Positions 34,393 to 34,419 of a stretch of 34,419 bases of DNA are shown one piece after another. The notes beneath the pieces are model-generated. The model was given only the letters and a program-made list of their open reading frames with translations, searched no databases and had not been told where the DNA came from. The stretch is from Candidatus Fischerbacteria bacterium RBG_13_37_8 (GTDB lineage Bacteria > Acidobacteriota > HRBIN11 > MFGW01), in contig MFGW01000180.1 in the NCBI GenBank assembly GCA_001780385.1, positions 23,935-58,353 on the forward strand. Direction: 5' to 3'. Numbering within the stretch: the stretch's first letter is position 1; each line of letters opens with the position of its first letter. The position numbers and the translations under genes were made by a program.

Positions 34393-34419
34393 ATGGAAAT
34401 CAAAAACATTCCTTCTTTT
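34393..34419 (+). CDS. 5' end of an unidentified ORF abutting the HNH gene stop (TAAATG); truncated by the window edge
   Basis: An ATG immediately follows the HNH stop codon. Only 9 codons (MEIKNIPSF) are visible, so coding status cannot be judged. Confidence 0.2.

Overview
AT-rich bacterial chromosomal segment with diderm-type gene content (Lnt, MCE/Mla-like, CsgG-like). From about 23.3 kb down to 6.0 kb the minus strand carries a complete, tightly packed division/cell-wall (dcw) cluster: mraZ-rsmH-ftsL-ftsI-murE-murF-mraY-murD-ftsW-murG-murC-murB-ftsQ-ftsA-ftsZ. It continues in the same direction into a membrane protein whose GTG start overlaps the ftsZ stop, a GT-B-like protein, an ABC ATPase with degenerate catalytic motifs, an MCE protein (no permease gene present) and a glycerate 2-kinase. 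The 3' end of a futalosine-pathway mqnD-type gene converges on this block. Upstream of mraZ lie two large envelope membrane enzymes (LtaS/sulfatase-like, and spermidine-synthase-like) and lnt on the plus strand. The accessory part at 29.9-32.7 kb (plus strand) is the most interesting region. It encodes an HprK-related kinase, a PqqD-type recognition protein and a radical SAM/SPASM enzyme. These are followed by a 46-codon ORF (32394-32534) that is missing from the ORF track and has its own consensus promoter, strong SD and terminator. I read this ORF as a candidate RiPP precursor (two Cys, an E-x3-Y motif, a Thr/Ser-rich tail ending in Ser). A CsgG-like secreted protein and a stand-alone HNH endonuclease follow. 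Intergenic DNA holds several repeat families: a GC-rich palindromic hairpin in 3 copies with a compensatory stem change, a TCAYAATGACA...TCGCAA module in about 4 copies, heptamer tandem arrays including a G-quadruplex-capable CCCCAGT array, and very long hairpins. I recognised no rRNA, tRNA, CRISPR array or transposase. All calls come from reading motifs and structure by eye; no database search was run.
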